From Negativicutes bacterium (lineage in GTDB: Bacteria; Bacillota; Negativicutes; UBA1444): 64,000 nt of DNA. Shown piece after piece: positions 27,353 through 38,800 of the stretch (its first letter is position 1; the number at the start of each line of letters is the position of its first letter). A model generated the notes under the pieces. It did no database searches and was not told the DNA's origin. It saw only the letters and a program-made list of their open reading frames with translations. Made by a program: the position numbers and the translations under genes. The stretch covers positions 32,001 to 96,000 of the forward strand of contig CAXXIN010000007.1 of NCBI GenBank assembly GCA_963665275.2. Reading direction: 5' to 3'.

Positions 27353-28365
27353 GCCTGATTACGCCCCATCGCCTGAGCGATTTTATGGACTTCTTCCATC
27401 AAACCCGTGAAGTTTTCCGGCGTCAACGATTGCATGCCGTCAGACATTGCTTCGTCCGGTTTCGGATGTACTTCAATCATCAGCCCGTCGGCTCCGGCTG
27501 CCACAGCCGCCCGGGCCATCGGCCGGACTAATTTCCAGTGACCGGTGCCATGGCTGGGGTCCACGATGACCGGCAGGTGACAGTTCTTTTTCAGTACTGC
27601 CACCGCGCTGAGATCCAGCGTGTTGCGCGTAGCTGTCTCGAAGGTCCGGATACCACGCTCGCACATGATTACCTGGTAATTGCCTTCATTCATGATGTAT
27701 TCCGCAGCGTTGAGCCACTCATCAATGGTCGCCGCAATCCCCCGTTTTAAAAGCACCGGCTTGCCGGCGCGGCCCACCGTTTTCAGTAAATGAAAGTTCT
27801 GCATGTTGCGGGCGCCGATCTGAAGTACATCGGCATATTCACAGACCACCGGCACCGACTGGGGATCGACCACTTCAGTCACCACCTTCAGCCCGGTTTC
27901 TTCCCGTGCTTCCGCCAGAAATTTGAGTCCCTGCTCCTCGAGTCCCTGGAAAGAGTATGGCGAGGTACGGGGTTTATACGCGCCGCCGCGCAGGAAATCA
28001 GCTCCCGCCTTCTTGACGATCCGCGCAGATTCGAGCAGCTGTTCGCGGCTTTCGACGGCGCACGGTCCAGCCATCACCACGAGGCGATCCCCGCCGATCA
28101 AAACTCCGCCCACATCGATCACGGTATTTTCCGGTTTAAACTGCCGACTCGCCAGTTTATATCCAGAGGTAATCGCCACTACTTTTTCAACGCCTGCCAG
28201 AGCTTCCAACGGTACATCCTGCAGCAGTTTTTTGTCGCCCACCACACCAATGATAGTGACAAAACGGCCTTCCGACAAATGCACTTTCAAGCCTCGCTCC
28301 GTAACCTTGCCGATCACCCGGTCGATATCCATCTGGGCGGCGCCTGCGTTCATTACAATAATCAT
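27349..28365 (-). CDS. aroF: DAHP synthase (type I-beta, N-terminal regulatory domain)
   Basis: [47 protein letters not shown]. Confidence 0.95.
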   Translation of the reverse strand: MIIVMNAGAAQMDIDRVIGKVTERGLKVHLSEGRFVTIIGVVGDKKLLQDVPLEALAGVEKVVAITSGYKLASRQFKPENTVIDVGGVLIGGDRLVVMAGPCAVESREQLLESARIVKKAGADFLRGGAYKPRTSPYSFQGLEEQGLKFLAEAREETGLKVVTEVVDPQSVPVVCEYADVLQIGARNMQNFHLLKTVGRAGKPVLLKRGIAATIDEWLNAAEYIMNEGNYQVIMCERGIRTFETATRNTLDLSAVAVLKKNCHLPVIVDPSHGTGHWKLVRPMARAAVAAGADGLMIEVHPKPDEAMSDGMQSLTPENFTGLMEEVHKIAQAMGRNQA

Positions 28366-28454
28366 CTTGTCATTTCCCCTTCGCTTTTACTTTTCTACTT
28401 TGCTTCTTTGCTACTTTCCGTATTCCCGAGTGTGTTGACAGAGATCGCGAAATA

Positions 28455-28722
28455 AATAAAAAATCCCGCCCCTAAAATCAGGGACGGGAATCAATCACCG
28501 CGGTACCACCCTGCTTGCCATGCAAGCCACTCTCTTTCAAGTACGGGACTGCCGTCCGATACTCTAAGCCTTTGATAACGGAGGCATTCCGGCGCAGCCT
28601 ACTCAAAACTTTTCGGCCTGCTGCTTGCAGGTGTATTTCTGCCGGTCCGTTCACCGGGTCGCACCAACCCCCGGCTCTCTGAAGAACTTCTCCTGCGTAC
28701 TTCTCCCGCGCATCGCATTTGT
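28455..28722 (-). ncRNA. T-box riboswitch, Tyr (UAC) specifier
   Basis: AGUA, AGAGA and GGUG stem I motifs; GAAA-UAC specifier at 28633-28635; T-box AGCAGGGUGGUACCGCG at 28499-28515; terminator UCCCGUCCCU...AGGGGCGGGA followed by a U run. Confidence 0.92.
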
Positions 28723-28740
28723 GATGATGAAGTTATAAAT

Positions 28741-28769
28741 AATTTATCAGATGTTTATCGCTTTGTCAA
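28741..28769 (-). promoter_or_regulatory. Sigma-A promoter of the T-box leader
   Basis: TTGACA (28764-28769), 17-nt spacer, TGaTAAATT (-10 at 28741-28746). Confidence 0.7.
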
Positions 28770-28770
28770 C

Positions 28771-29259
28771 CTAGTGGCGAGCACATTCTACGGCTTCACC
28801 CTTCATGATGGCCAGCCCGTGCTCCAGCGCCGGCATGATGACTTCCAGACACTCCCTCACCCCTTTGGGACTGCCTGGCAGATTGATGATCAGAGTGCGA
28901 CCCCGCATCCCCGCCACTGCCCGCGAAAGCATAGCCCGCGAAGTGATTTCCAACGATTTTGCCCGCATCGCTTCAGGAATTCCGGGAACCTGTCGATCTA
29001 CCACCGCCAACGTTGCCTCAGGGGTAACGTCCCGCGGACTCATGCCCGTGCCACCGGTCGTCAGAATCAGGTCCAGACCGAGAGTATCGGCCATTACAAT
29101 CATCTCGCGGCTGATCAGCTCCACATCGTCAGAGAGCACCTTGTAACTCTTGATTTTACCCAGTTCGCTCATCATTGTCGCGATCAGATGGCCGCTGGCA
29201 TCTTCCCGTTCCCCACGCGACCCCTTGTCACTGGCAGTAATGATCCCGATATTAAACAC
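28771..29259 (-). CDS. mog: Molybdopterin adenylyltransferase (Mog/MoaB family)
   Basis: TASD, REDASG, TTGGTG, RDVTPEA, LSRAVAG, NLPGSPK. Confidence 0.92.
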   Translation of the reverse strand: MFNIGIITASDKGSRGEREDASGHLIATMMSELGKIKSYKVLSDDVELISREMIVMADTLGLDLILTTGGTGMSPRDVTPEATLAVVDRQVPGIPEAMRAKSLEITSRAMLSRAVAGMRGRTLIINLPGSPKGVRECLEVIMPALEHGLAIMKGEAVECARH

Positions 29260-29692
29260 TCCCGATCACCTCGACCACGTCGCCGCGGGAAATGCGTCCA
29301 CCACGCTCCACGGTAGCAAAAATTCCTTCACGAGGCATCACGCAGTCACCTACAGCTTCCCTGACAGCGCAGCCCTGATGACATTCCTTACCGATTTGGC
29401 TGACTTTTAAAACGGTATCGCCGATATGAAGAATCGTGCCCACCGGTATTTCCGGCAAGTTCAAACCTTCCACCGTCAGGTTTTCGGCGAAATCTCCCGG
29501 CACTAGTTCAGCGCATTTTTGTTTCATCTTTTCAATGCTTTCGACAGCCAGCAAACTGATCTGCCTGTGGGCAAATCCCGCATGGGCATCGCCTTCCATC
29601 CCCAGCCCTTCAATCAGAACGGCGGTCCCTACATCTACCTTGCGTTCGCCCTTTTTGGCGCTGGTACACACTGCCACGATTTTTCCCTGCAT
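29252..29692 (-). CDS. MOSC-domain protein
   Basis: GKIVAVCTS, GDAHAG, RQISLL, GDFAENL, QIGKECH, CVMPREGIF; start MQGKI. Confidence 0.9.
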   Translation of the reverse strand: MQGKIVAVCTSAKKGERKVDVGTAVLIEGLGMEGDAHAGFAHRQISLLAVESIEKMKQKCAELVPGDFAENLTVEGLNLPEIPVGTILHIGDTVLKVSQIGKECHQGCAVREAVGDCVMPREGIFATVERGGRISRGDVVEVIGSV

Positions 29693-29693
29693 C

Positions 29694-30179
29694 TCAATCA
29701 CCCTCCCGCTCATAGATGCCGCTCCGGCCTCCAGATTTACGCAGAAGTCTGATGCTTTCCACACTCATTCCGCGATCAATCGCCTTGCACATATCATAAA
29801 TGGTCAAGGCAGCACCGGATACGGCAGACAACGCTTCCATCTCCACGCCCGTCCGTCCTGTCGTCTTGACAACGGCACTGATCTCCACTGCTGACGCCGT
29901 GCGGTCAATAACAAAAGAAATGTCAATCCCACTCAATAGCAAGGGATGACACATAGGAATCAGTTCCCAGGTTTTTTTGGCCGCCATAATTCCGGCGACC
30001 TGCGCAACCGCCAGTACATCACCTTTGCCGATGGTTCCTTCTTCGATACGGGCCAGAGTTTCGGGCGCCATCATAATACGGCCACCCGCCTCGGCAACGC
30101 GGTCGGTTTCATTCTTGTCCGTCACATCAACCATCCGGGCCCGGCCAGCGATATTGAAGTGAGACAGTTCTTTATCCAT
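29694..30179 (-). CDS. moaC: Cyclic pyranopterin monophosphate synthase
   Basis: LSHF...MVDV, KGDVL, LIPMCH, GVEMEAL, YDMCKA, KSGG. Confidence 0.95.
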   Translation of the reverse strand: MDKELSHFNIAGRARMVDVTDKNETDRVAEAGGRIMMAPETLARIEEGTIGKGDVLAVAQVAGIMAAKKTWELIPMCHPLLLSGIDISFVIDRTASAVEISAVVKTTGRTGVEMEALSAVSGAALTIYDMCKAIDRGMSVESIRLLRKSGGRSGIYEREGD

Positions 30180-30415
30180 CAGGTACTCCCGTTTGCCGGA
30201 AACAGCTCCAGTCGGTCGCCATCAGCCAGATGACTGTCGAGACTGCTCTCTTTGCCATTTCGCAAAATATTTTTCACGTGGTCAGGATTCACTTCCATCT
30301 GTTGCAGTAACTCCTCAACAGAAAGGTTATCCGGCACATCGACCGAAATAATGCCACTCGGATCAGCCGGAGTATAGCGGCGTAACGCGGCGAAAAAACG
30401 AACTTCTATGACCAT
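30179..30415 (-). CDS. MoaD/ThiS-like ubiquitin-fold protein lacking the C-terminal GG
   Basis: [24 protein letters not shown]; ends ANGST*. Confidence 0.8.
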   Translation of the reverse strand: MVIEVRFFAALRRYTPADPSGIISVDVPDNLSVEELLQQMEVNPDHVKNILRNGKESSLDSHLADGDRLELFPANGST

Positions 30416-30515
30416 TCCTACAATAATCTCCCGTCATACGCCGATCGCGTTTTTTTGGTGATTGCTAGTAATTCGCTACGGCGCTGGGAATTCCTTCTAC
30501 AAAGCATAATTCTTT

Positions 30516-31499
30516 TCAGCCGCCAATCTGGGACATTCCCCTGACCTGAAAAGCCTGCGCGGCTTCTTCCTTCAGATGGTGCGAGGACGGTTTGCTGCGA
30601 ACAGCCAGCTGGAACAGCTCTGTCACCTCTTCATCCGGGGCCTGGCGCCGCAACGCCGCGCGCAAATCAATCTCCGTATCGGCGAGCAGACAGGGACGAA
30701 GACGTCCGTCAGCTGTCAGCCTAATCCGGTTGCATTGATCACAGTAGCCTTCAGAAATGGGAGCTATGAATCCGTACACGCCCTGATCCGATTCTCCCTG
30801 CAGGTAGTGGGCGGGCCCGCATCCGTAAGGGGCCTGGCGCGGCGGCAACAGCTTGCCGCCGGAAAGTTTGTTCAGCTGCTCAGTTACCGTGGTCACGGTC
30901 ATCCCCGAACTGACCCTGCAGCGATGGGAGGGCATATACTCGATGAAGCGCACAGCCACCGGTCTTTCCCGCACCAAACCCTGAAAAAAATGCAAATCGT
31001 CTTCCCCGACAGCTGCCGTCAGAACCACGTTGATCTTCACCGGCGCCAGTCCCACCGCGATCGCCGCCTCAATTCCCGCCAAAACATCCTGGACATCCCC
31101 GCCGCAGGTCAACTCCCGAAAACGCGACGGCTCAATGGTATCCAGGCTGATATTCACCCGATTCACCCCGGCTTCTTTCAGTTCTGCCGCATATTGCGCC
31201 AGCAGGCTCCCATTGGTGGTAACCGAAAGATCCTCAATGACGCCGAGAGCTTTGATTTGCCGAACCAAATTCACGAATCCCGGCCGAACCAAAGGCTCAC
31301 CGCCTGTCAGCCGAATCCTGGATACGCCTTGCCGTCCCAAAATCGATAAAACGCGCACGATCTCCTCATCCGTCAAAATTTCCGACGGATCAAGCCATTT
31401 CACACCTTCCGGCGGAACGCAGTAAACGCAGCGATAATTGCATCGGTCGGTCACAGACAGCCTCAGATAGCGAATATCTCTCTGAAAAGCATCCAACAC
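30516..31499 (-). CDS. moaA: GTP 3',8-cyclase
   Basis: YLRLSVTDRCNYRCVYC, TGGEP, CDQCNRIRLTADG, C-terminal MSQIGG. Confidence 0.95.
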   Translation of the reverse strand: MLDAFQRDIRYLRLSVTDRCNYRCVYCVPPEGVKWLDPSEILTDEEIVRVLSILGRQGVSRIRLTGGEPLVRPGFVNLVRQIKALGVIEDLSVTTNGSLLAQYAAELKEAGVNRVNISLDTIEPSRFRELTCGGDVQDVLAGIEAAIAVGLAPVKINVVLTAAVGEDDLHFFQGLVRERPVAVRFIEYMPSHRCRVSSGMTVTTVTEQLNKLSGGKLLPPRQAPYGCGPAHYLQGESDQGVYGFIAPISEGYCDQCNRIRLTADGRLRPCLLADTEIDLRAALRRQAPDEEVTELFQLAVRSKPSSHHLKEEAAQAFQVRGMSQIGG

Positions 31500-31660
31500 A
31501 ACAAAGTACTCCTTCTATGATGCTTAGTGATGTAAATGGTTAAATTTTCGCAATAACATAGTATTCGCTGTCAGTTGGATAATTCCCTTGCTGCCAAAAG
31601 GGGATTTGTTCTGAAAGTCGAATCAATATAATATCGAAGATTTTCTAGGAGGGTTGTAAA

Positions 31661-32329
31661 ATGCCTGAACTTAAGTATCTCGGTCATGCCTGTTTCTTGC
31701 TTCAGAATGGAAAGAACTCGCTGATCATCGACCCATTTTTGACCGGCAATCCTGTTGCGGCAACCACCGCCGATGAGATCGATTGCCAATATATCCTGGT
31801 TTCCCACGGCCACGAGGACCATATCGGCGACGCCGTCAACATTGCCAAACGAACCGGCGCCACCATCATTTCGACGGCGGAAATCGCCCGTTCCTGCGGT
31901 GAAAAAGGCGCCAAAATCCACGCGATGCATCTGGGCGGCAAACATGCCTTTGACTTCGGTTATGTTCGCCTAACCCAAGCATTTCACGGTTCAGGTATTC
32001 CCGGCGGTCACGCCTGCGGCTTCATCATCAACTATTACGGCAAAATTGTTTATCATGCCGGAGACACTGCCATCTTCGGCGATATGGCCCTGCTCGGACG
32101 GCTGGAAGCCATCGACGTCGCTCTACTTCCTATCGGCGACAATTTTACCATGGGGCCGTCGGACGCGGCGGAAGCAGCCAATTTGCTGCAACCGAAACGT
32201 GTCATTCCGATGCACTACAACACCTGGCCGCTGATCGCCCAATCCCCCGAGGGCTACAAACTGGATGTAGAAACTCGGTTCAAGATTCCAGTGCAAATCC
32301 TGAAACCGGGCGACACTTTCACGCTATAG
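31661..32329 (+). CDS. Metallo-beta-lactamase-fold metal-dependent hydrolase (UPF0173-like)
   Basis: LGHA, IDPF, SHGHEDH, YHAGDT, PIGDNFTM, IPMHY. Confidence 0.9.
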   Translation: MPELKYLGHACFLLQNGKNSLIIDPFLTGNPVAATTADEIDCQYILVSHGHEDHIGDAVNIAKRTGATIISTAEIARSCGEKGAKIHAMHLGGKHAFDFGYVRLTQAFHGSGIPGGHACGFIINYYGKIVYHAGDTAIFGDMALLGRLEAIDVALLPIGDNFTMGPSDAAEAANLLQPKRVIPMHYNTWPLIAQSPEGYKLDVETRFKIPVQILKPGDTFTL

Positions 32330-35300
32330 GTTCTTGCGGACAAATCTCGGCAAAAGGACAATAAGGGCAATGAGCCACCTTGCAGGGATACTCCGCTTCT
32401 TCATGATGACTGCGGATAAACCCCGCGACCGCTTGAAGTTCCTTCTCTGCCCAACCAAGCGAAGCTGATCCAACATCAATCGAGGCAGTCTCACCCGAAC
32501 GAACGAAATATAGCCTTGCATCCCGAACCAATCGACCGAACACCGCCCGCGCCGCCAGCACATACCCCAGTAGCTGGAGGCGATATCGGGCGGCCTTTTT
32601 TTGCCCATCCCCGCTGTTCAAATGGTCCGTTTTATAGTCAATGATGCCGATCGTTCCATCCGGATAGAACAGAACCCGGTCCACTTGCCCCGACAGCCAC
32701 ACCACCGGCAGCATCCCCTCCGGCGGCAACAAACGATACTGAAAAGCCCATTCGCGGCGCTCGTCCGTCACGTTGCTCAATTCGGAGTAAAGCGCGCTGT
32801 CTGCGTAAAGGGATGCCCATTCCTGCATCAGTCCTGCCGCGTCTTCCTGCAAGGACACCGGCATCGTTTCCTCCAGCGCCTGCGTCAAAGACTCCTGCCA
32901 AGCCTCTCGGCTGGGAAGCAGTTCCAAAAACTTGTGAAAAGCGATGCCCAACTGTAGCGGCGACACCGTCGATTCCATAGGCAAAACGGGCTCAAACGGC
33001 AAAGTAAAGCTGTCGCCAACATCGGTTTTTTCGGCGTCAACACCTCGTGGCTTGAAATCCGGCGGCATCGGCAGCCGAAAAATATGTGAATAATAATAAC
33101 GTCGCGGGCAGGATGCATACTCCGTCAAATACGCCGGTGACAACACCTGGGGCTTCGCTTCTTGCACCAAAACAGCGCCCACATTGCGCTGAACAGCCGT
33201 CGGCAGGGAATCCGGCATTGTTCCCCCCGGCAGTTCCGGTTTGAAAATATCGCCTATTGCACCACTTTCCACACCATCGTCCAAACTGATATGCAGACAG
33301 GTTTCACCAATATATTTTTCGTGCGGCCATTCCTGCGGTGAGCCCTCCAATCCGAACAAATGCCGAGTCCAGTCCAACCAGCCGGATGCATTGCGCAGAT
33401 TTTTCTCGCTCTTCGGGCTATTGGCGACTGTTGACAGGATGATTCGCCTTTGGGCGCGCGTCATGGCGACATACAGAACCCGCTTGAGTTCAGCCCGTTC
33501 CATCGCATTGTCCTGGCGAGCAATCCTGCGAAAGCGGCCCGACTCCAGAAGTTTACCCCGGCCGTCCGGCACTTTCATTCCCATGCCCATTCCCCGCATG
33601 AATACAGTCATTTGCGAGCGCAAAATGAATTTGCGCTGCAAATCCGGCACAATAACCACCGGGAATTCCAACCCTTTGGATTTGTGAATCGTCATGATCC
33701 GAACCGTATCTCCGGCCTCGCTGTCTATCTCCGCTTCTCCCTCACTGTCGGCCCGCTTCTGCAGATACGTCAAGAACTCGGCAATGCCGCCATTTTCACT
33801 CTCCATGAAGGCCACGGCCATATCTTGCAATTTTTGCAGATTGGCATACCGACGAACCCCCATGAACTGCGTCAACTGCAACAGTTCAAAACCGGTCGCC
33901 TCCAGCGCTTCCCTGGTCACCTGTTCCGGCGTCAGGAAGGCCCGTCGCTGCAGCCATCGCTCCAGCAGTTGTCTGGCGCGCCGGACTACGGCAATCTCCG
34001 ACGCCGTCAAGTCTTTCACCGCATCTACCCCGGCTAGCCCAGCCCAGATTCCCCCTTCGCCGCCGGCACGCCGTAGCCGCAACAAAGCTTCATCCGACAA
34101 CTGAAAGAGCGGGGAACGCAGAGCGGCAAACAGCGCCATTTCATTCAACGGATTGCACAGAAATTGGAGCAAATTCAGCACATCCGCTATTTCCTGCCGA
34201 TCGGCAAAACCCCGGCTACCGGCAACATAGTACGGAATCCCGGCCTGCGCGAACGCTTCTTCATAGGCCCCGACATGCGTAAACGCCCGCAGCAGCACTG
34301 CGATATCCCGATATTGAACCGGTTGCTGACCCTCATCAACCAGTGCTTTGATCCGGAGGGCAATCATCGCCGCTTCCCGCTGCCTGGCATCGCCACCAGC
34401 TAAAGATTCCGCATCCAGCACCCATAGATCAGCCCGCGACAGTCCTTCTTGACTGCCGCCGCCTTCCAGATTCCGATATTCCACCGTATCGGCGCCTTCC
34501 ACGTCTTCTTCGCAAACCGTCGCAGGCATCAGCCCGGCAAAAAAATCATTGAAAGCCGACACCAGATGTCGGTGAGACCGGAAATTCTGCAGTAATTCGA
34601 TGACCAAGCCGCCACTCTTCCCCACATCCTCCTGCAAGCGCGCGAATACCCGGGAGTCGGCCCCCCGAAACCGATAAATCGACTGCTTCCCATCGCCAAC
34701 CGCGAACAGATTGCGACTGCGCAGCACCGCCGCATCCCCTCCGGCCAACAGATAGATGATCCGTCGCTGCCGTTCGTTGATATCCTGACATTCATCCACC
34801 ATCAGGAAGCGAAACCGCCGATTATAGCGCGCACAAATTTCCGGCTGCCCTTGGAGCAATTTTTCGGTTTCTTTTTCCAGATCATCATAGGTCAGCATGC
34901 GTCGAAGTCTTTTTACCCGCGCCCATTCCGCCCCAACAGAGCCAAACCATTCGCATAGATCAGGCACTAATTTTTCCACCGTCTGATCGAGCAGTGCGCC
35001 CCGCAGCAAAGCTGCCGTGGTTTTACGCTGTTGCAAGGCTTCCCGCAGCTCTTCGCCGCCACGCATGTTTTTCAGTTCTGCATCAAGATCATCAAAGACG
35101 GAGAGATCAGTAATCACACTCTCAATTTGACGTTCCAGCTCTGGCCACTTGGCCTGCAGGATGAGCAGCCGCTCCTGCGTGGCCGATTTTTTGCCGGGCG
35201 TCGGCACCATCGCGAACAGATCTTGATAATCCTGCTTCAATTGTTCCACAAGAAATTCAACATCTCCGGCTGCAAGCGGCCACAGGATTTTCGCCAAGTC

Positions 35301-35858
35301 CGGCCCGATGGCCCCTTCATCCAGAACGGCATCAAAAAGCGGGCGAAATTTCTGCCGGACCTGCGCCGGAGAATAAACGGCAAGCAGTCGCTGCAGCCAA
35401 GAAGCATTGCTTTTAATGGCCGTTTCCAGCGTCGTCTGCCACACTTCATCCAACAGCGACTGTTCATCCAGATCCTCCATCAAGCCAAAATCGGGATCGA
35501 CGCCTGCTTCGGCGGGATGCTCGCGCAGAATACGGCTGCACAGGGAATGAATCGTCGAAACGTTGAGGGCATCCAGTCTGGCAAATATTTTGCGCCACTT
35601 GCCCCACGCTTCGGTTCCCTGAGTCAGGGCCATCAGCTCCTCCACCCTGCCCCTGATCCGCTCTTTCATCTCCCGGGCCGCCTTGCGGGTGAAAGTGATC
35701 GCGACGATTCCATCCGTATCCGCCGCACCGGTTTCCAGAATATGAATGTATCGCTCCACAAGAACCCGCGTTTTCCCAGCTCCAGCCCCTGCCTTTACCA
35801 AAAGGTTCCGGTCCAGCGTTTCAATCGCCGCTTTTTGATCCGGCGTCAATTTACTCAT
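32319..35858 (-). CDS. addA: AddA/AdnB-like UvrD helicase-RecB-type nuclease
   Basis: AGAGAGKT, TFTRKAA, VDECQD, GDGKQSIYRFRG, NFRS, TIHKSKGLEF, YVAMTRA, GQVD...IDYKT; start MSKLT. Confidence 0.88.
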   Translation of the reverse strand: MSKLTPDQKAAIETLDRNLLVKAGAGAGKTRVLVERYIHILETGAADTDGIVAITFTRKAAREMKERIRGRVEELMALTQGTEAWGKWRKIFARLDALNVSTIHSLCSRILREHPAEAGVDPDFGLMEDLDEQSLLDEVWQTTLETAIKSNASWLQRLLAVYSPAQVRQKFRPLFDAVLDEGAIGPDLAKILWPLAAGDVEFLVEQLKQDYQDLFAMVPTPGKKSATQERLLILQAKWPELERQIESVITDLSVFDDLDAELKNMRGGEELREALQQRKTTAALLRGALLDQTVEKLVPDLCEWFGSVGAEWARVKRLRRMLTYDDLEKETEKLLQGQPEICARYNRRFRFLMVDECQDINERQRRIIYLLAGGDAAVLRSRNLFAVGDGKQSIYRFRGADSRVFARLQEDVGKSGGLVIELLQNFRSHRHLVSAFNDFFAGLMPATVCEEDVEGADTVEYRNLEGGGSQEGLSRADLWVLDAESLAGGDARQREAAMIALRIKALVDEGQQPVQYRDIAVLLRAFTHVGAYEEAFAQAGIPYYVAGSRGFADRQEIADVLNLLQFLCNPLNEMALFAALRSPLFQLSDEALLRLRRAGGEGGIWAGLAGVDAVKDLTASEIAVVRRARQLLERWLQRRAFLTPEQVTREALEATGFELLQLTQFMGVRRYANLQKLQDMAVAFMESENGGIAEFLTYLQKRADSEGEAEIDSEAGDTVRIMTIHKSKGLEFPVVIVPDLQRKFILRSQMTVFMRGMGMGMKVPDGRGKLLESGRFRRIARQDNAMERAELKRVLYVAMTRAQRRIILSTVANSPKSEKNLRNASGWLDWTRHLFGLEGSPQEWPHEKYIGETCLHISLDDGVESGAIGDIFKPELPGGTMPDSLPTAVQRNVGAVLVQEAKPQVLSPAYLTEYASCPRRYYYSHIFRLPMPPDFKPRGVDAEKTDVGDSFTLPFEPVLPMESTVSPLQLGIAFHKFLELLPSREAWQESLTQALEETMPVSLQEDAAGLMQEWASLYADSALYSELSNVTDERREWAFQYRLLPPEGMLPVVWLSGQVDRVLFYPDGTIGIIDYKTDHLNSGDGQKKAARYRLQLLGYVLAARAVFGRLVRDARLYFVRSGETASIDVGSASLGWAEKELQAVAGFIRSHHEEAEYPCKVAHCPYCPFAEICPQEPIA

Positions 35859-38800
35859 CCGTGCTTTCCTCCGTTCCCTCCTGGTCTGACTCCGAGTCCC
35901 GCCGACAACAAGTCCGCGCCGGGCAATAGGCAGGGCAGGGCGCCCCAGGTTGGGCCCTGAAATTCCCACTGCGAATCCCCGCTACATAACTGAGAACGTA
36001 TGCCTGCGTCGCCGCGAACAGTTCTTCCCGCGACTGTTTCGCTCCAGGAAGTTTGAGCTCCGTCGCGCCCTCTCCCACCGGCAGATACATACCATCTGCC
36101 ACCGTCTCACCGGTCCTGCACAGCAAGGAATCGACCGCCATCATATACAAAGGCACCTGCAGACGGAGCCCCTGCTCCACCTGCTTCCGCGCCGGAGCCT
36201 TGCCTGTCTTGTAATCAATAATACGATAGCTGCCACCGCCTGCATCGATGCGGTCCACCTTGCCCTGCAGTTCGACCGCGTCGCCATCTTCACCTGCCAG
36301 TACCATAGGCTGCTCGGTGGATTCACCATCGCAGCCCCGCCGCAGCGCCGTGCCAAAGGCCCACTCGAAATAATGCGGTACTCGATCCGTCTGCGCCTGG
36401 CGCTCCATTTCGCCGTTCAGCCAACTGCGCAGCGCTTGCTCCCAGCGCGGCTTTTCGAACCTCCACCAGATATCCGGCGCCACCCGGCCGTCTTTCTCCC
36501 GCCGATCAACCGCAGCCTCCAGCAGGCCCACCAGTTCCCGCACATATTTCTCAGCCGACTCCTGCGCCAGCTTCCTGCCGCGATATCGTCCGAGAAAACC
36601 AGCCAACACCTCATGCCATACCGAGCCGGACGACAACGCGTCGAACCCTTCCTCCGCCGCATCCCACTCACCGAGACCCAGCACTTGGGTCACAAAATAG
36701 GCAAACGGACAAGCCGCATATTGTTCCAGCGCCGATGCACTGTAGCACTGCACCGCGATCAACGCCGGATCAACCTGACCGGCGTAAGCCCCCACCCGTT
36801 CACGTTCGGTTGCCGCCACCTGTTCCAAACATTCCGGCAGCACAGAGCGCAGAGCCGAATATACGGTCGCCCATTCTTCACCTGCTAGCGGCTGACACCA
36901 GATATGATGCAAACTCGCTTTCAACAGATCCCTTTTGCTGCGGGCCTCTTCCACATTTTCAGCCACCAGTTGGTGCGGACCATAGGCTTCCGCGGCGATC
37001 GCGCCTGTGGTGAACAATCGTTTTACTTCTTCCAGATACCGTGAAGGCAGTGTCTCACTGTCCGTCACCGCACTCAGCCAAAGCTGCTCGGTAGCCATCC
37101 CGACCGCCAGTGAAAAAGAAAAGTCGGCGGCTGCGGCCCGGTCTTCCGATGTTGGCAGACTAATGCCCGCTTCGGCCAGCGTCCGGCGTTCCTGATCGCT
37201 GTACAGCCAGCTCTCCCGTGGCGGCGCCGGGAATTCCCCTTCCGCCAGCCCAAGCACGAATACCGCCCGGAACTTCATGCCGCTGGCGGTTTCCGGCGTT
37301 ACCACCTGAACTCCGGTATCCTGCCGGTCCGCCAGACTGACAGATAGATCTTGCAGCGTGCGTCGCAGAAAATCGGCGAAATCGGCAGCCCCGACCATTT
37401 CCTCCGGCTGTCGCAGCACCTCGTCCAGTTGTTTCACTTGTACGGTTGCATCCCGCAGAGCCGCAAGGCTTGTCAGCTCAGCCCGGATTTCAGCCAAAGA
37501 AAGCACGCCCTTGCTACGCCGTCGCCCCAACGTTGCCGTTACATCAAACCAGTCCAGCAAGCCACTTAACCGCTTGGCCCATTGCGTCCAGGTTGCCGGG
37601 CCGGACCACTCCCGTACATACAGAAGCAATTCATTCCAGCCTTGCCGCCAGAGAGCATCCGTCATTTCGTCCGGGGCACTGCGTCCAAGCGCCACCGGCC
37701 AATCACTCCAGCCCCGAATCACTTCGCCCAGCAAGCAGCTTTCCAACTGGTCCGCATCCCAGCCCAGCTTATCACTGATGTATGGCGACTTCAGAACCGC
37801 TGTCACGCTGATTCGGCTTCCCTGCTCCTGCAACATATTCAGCCAGGCGAAAATCAGACGTGGCAGCGCACATTGAAGTAGCGGCATACTTTGGGCCAGA
37901 TCAACAGGGATTCCCCTTTCGGCGAATTCGTCCCACAGCCGCGTGTAAGCGCCCGGATCACGCAGAACCACCGCTACTTCCTGCGGCTTATATTGCTTTT
38001 GCAACAACACTGTTTTGACATGATCGGCCACTACCGCCAATTCCTTGGTCCGGTTGGGGCAAAACAGCAACCCGATACCCGCAGCATCTTCGCACATGTG
38101 CGGCGCATCTTCAAACACGTTGCGACGCACATGCTCCAACGCACTCATGCCTGTCGAGGCGACTTCATGAAACTCGGCGGTGAACCCCATGCCGACGAGA
38201 TCCTGATAAACCGGCTCTACTGCGCGAAAAACTCCGGGTCGGTTTTTTTCGAAACAAATGCCGATTTCTAAAGGCACCCGCTTTTTCAGCCGTTCGATCA
38301 ATTGCAGGCGTAGCGGCGACAGCACCGAGAATTCGGCCATAAAAATCTGTTCATACGGCAGGGGATTTTCGCTCTGGTCCAGAGCCTCCAGCGCCCGCCG
38401 GTACATTTCCCCCACATCCATGAGGAAGTATTTTTCCAGACGCTCCTGATAGGCGAGGAAAAGTCCGGCGATATCCGCATCCCGCCCGGCATTGCGCTCG
38501 ATCTCCCCTTCAAAAGCCTCAATGGCTCCTGCGAGCTCTTCCGGCAAAACATCGGCCATTTTCAGCTCGTCAAAGAGCCGGGCCAGCGCAGCTACGAAGC
38601 CGGGGAAGTCGGCAATTTGCGCAAAATAGGGGAAAAGCCCCGCCGCGGAGTTCTCCCTCACCAAACGGTCAATCAATAACTCCTGCTCCACCCGGCTGAT
38701 TTTGCAGCAACCCGCCAAGTTGGCGGCCAATTCATCCAGCGACAGAACCCGTGGGAACTCCCAAGCCGAAATCTCCGTCTGCCGTAGCGCATTTCTGGCG

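Noticed and set aside
31500-31660. Moco riboswitch upstream of moaA
   Set aside because: AT-rich divergent promoter region with no recognisable structured leader
35031-36888. Long + strand ORFs (309 and 312 aa) opposite addAB, and similar ones at 48959-49828 and 50792-51643
   Set aside because: Antisense shadows of GC-rich genes, with no recognisable motifs and full overlap with well-supported CDSs
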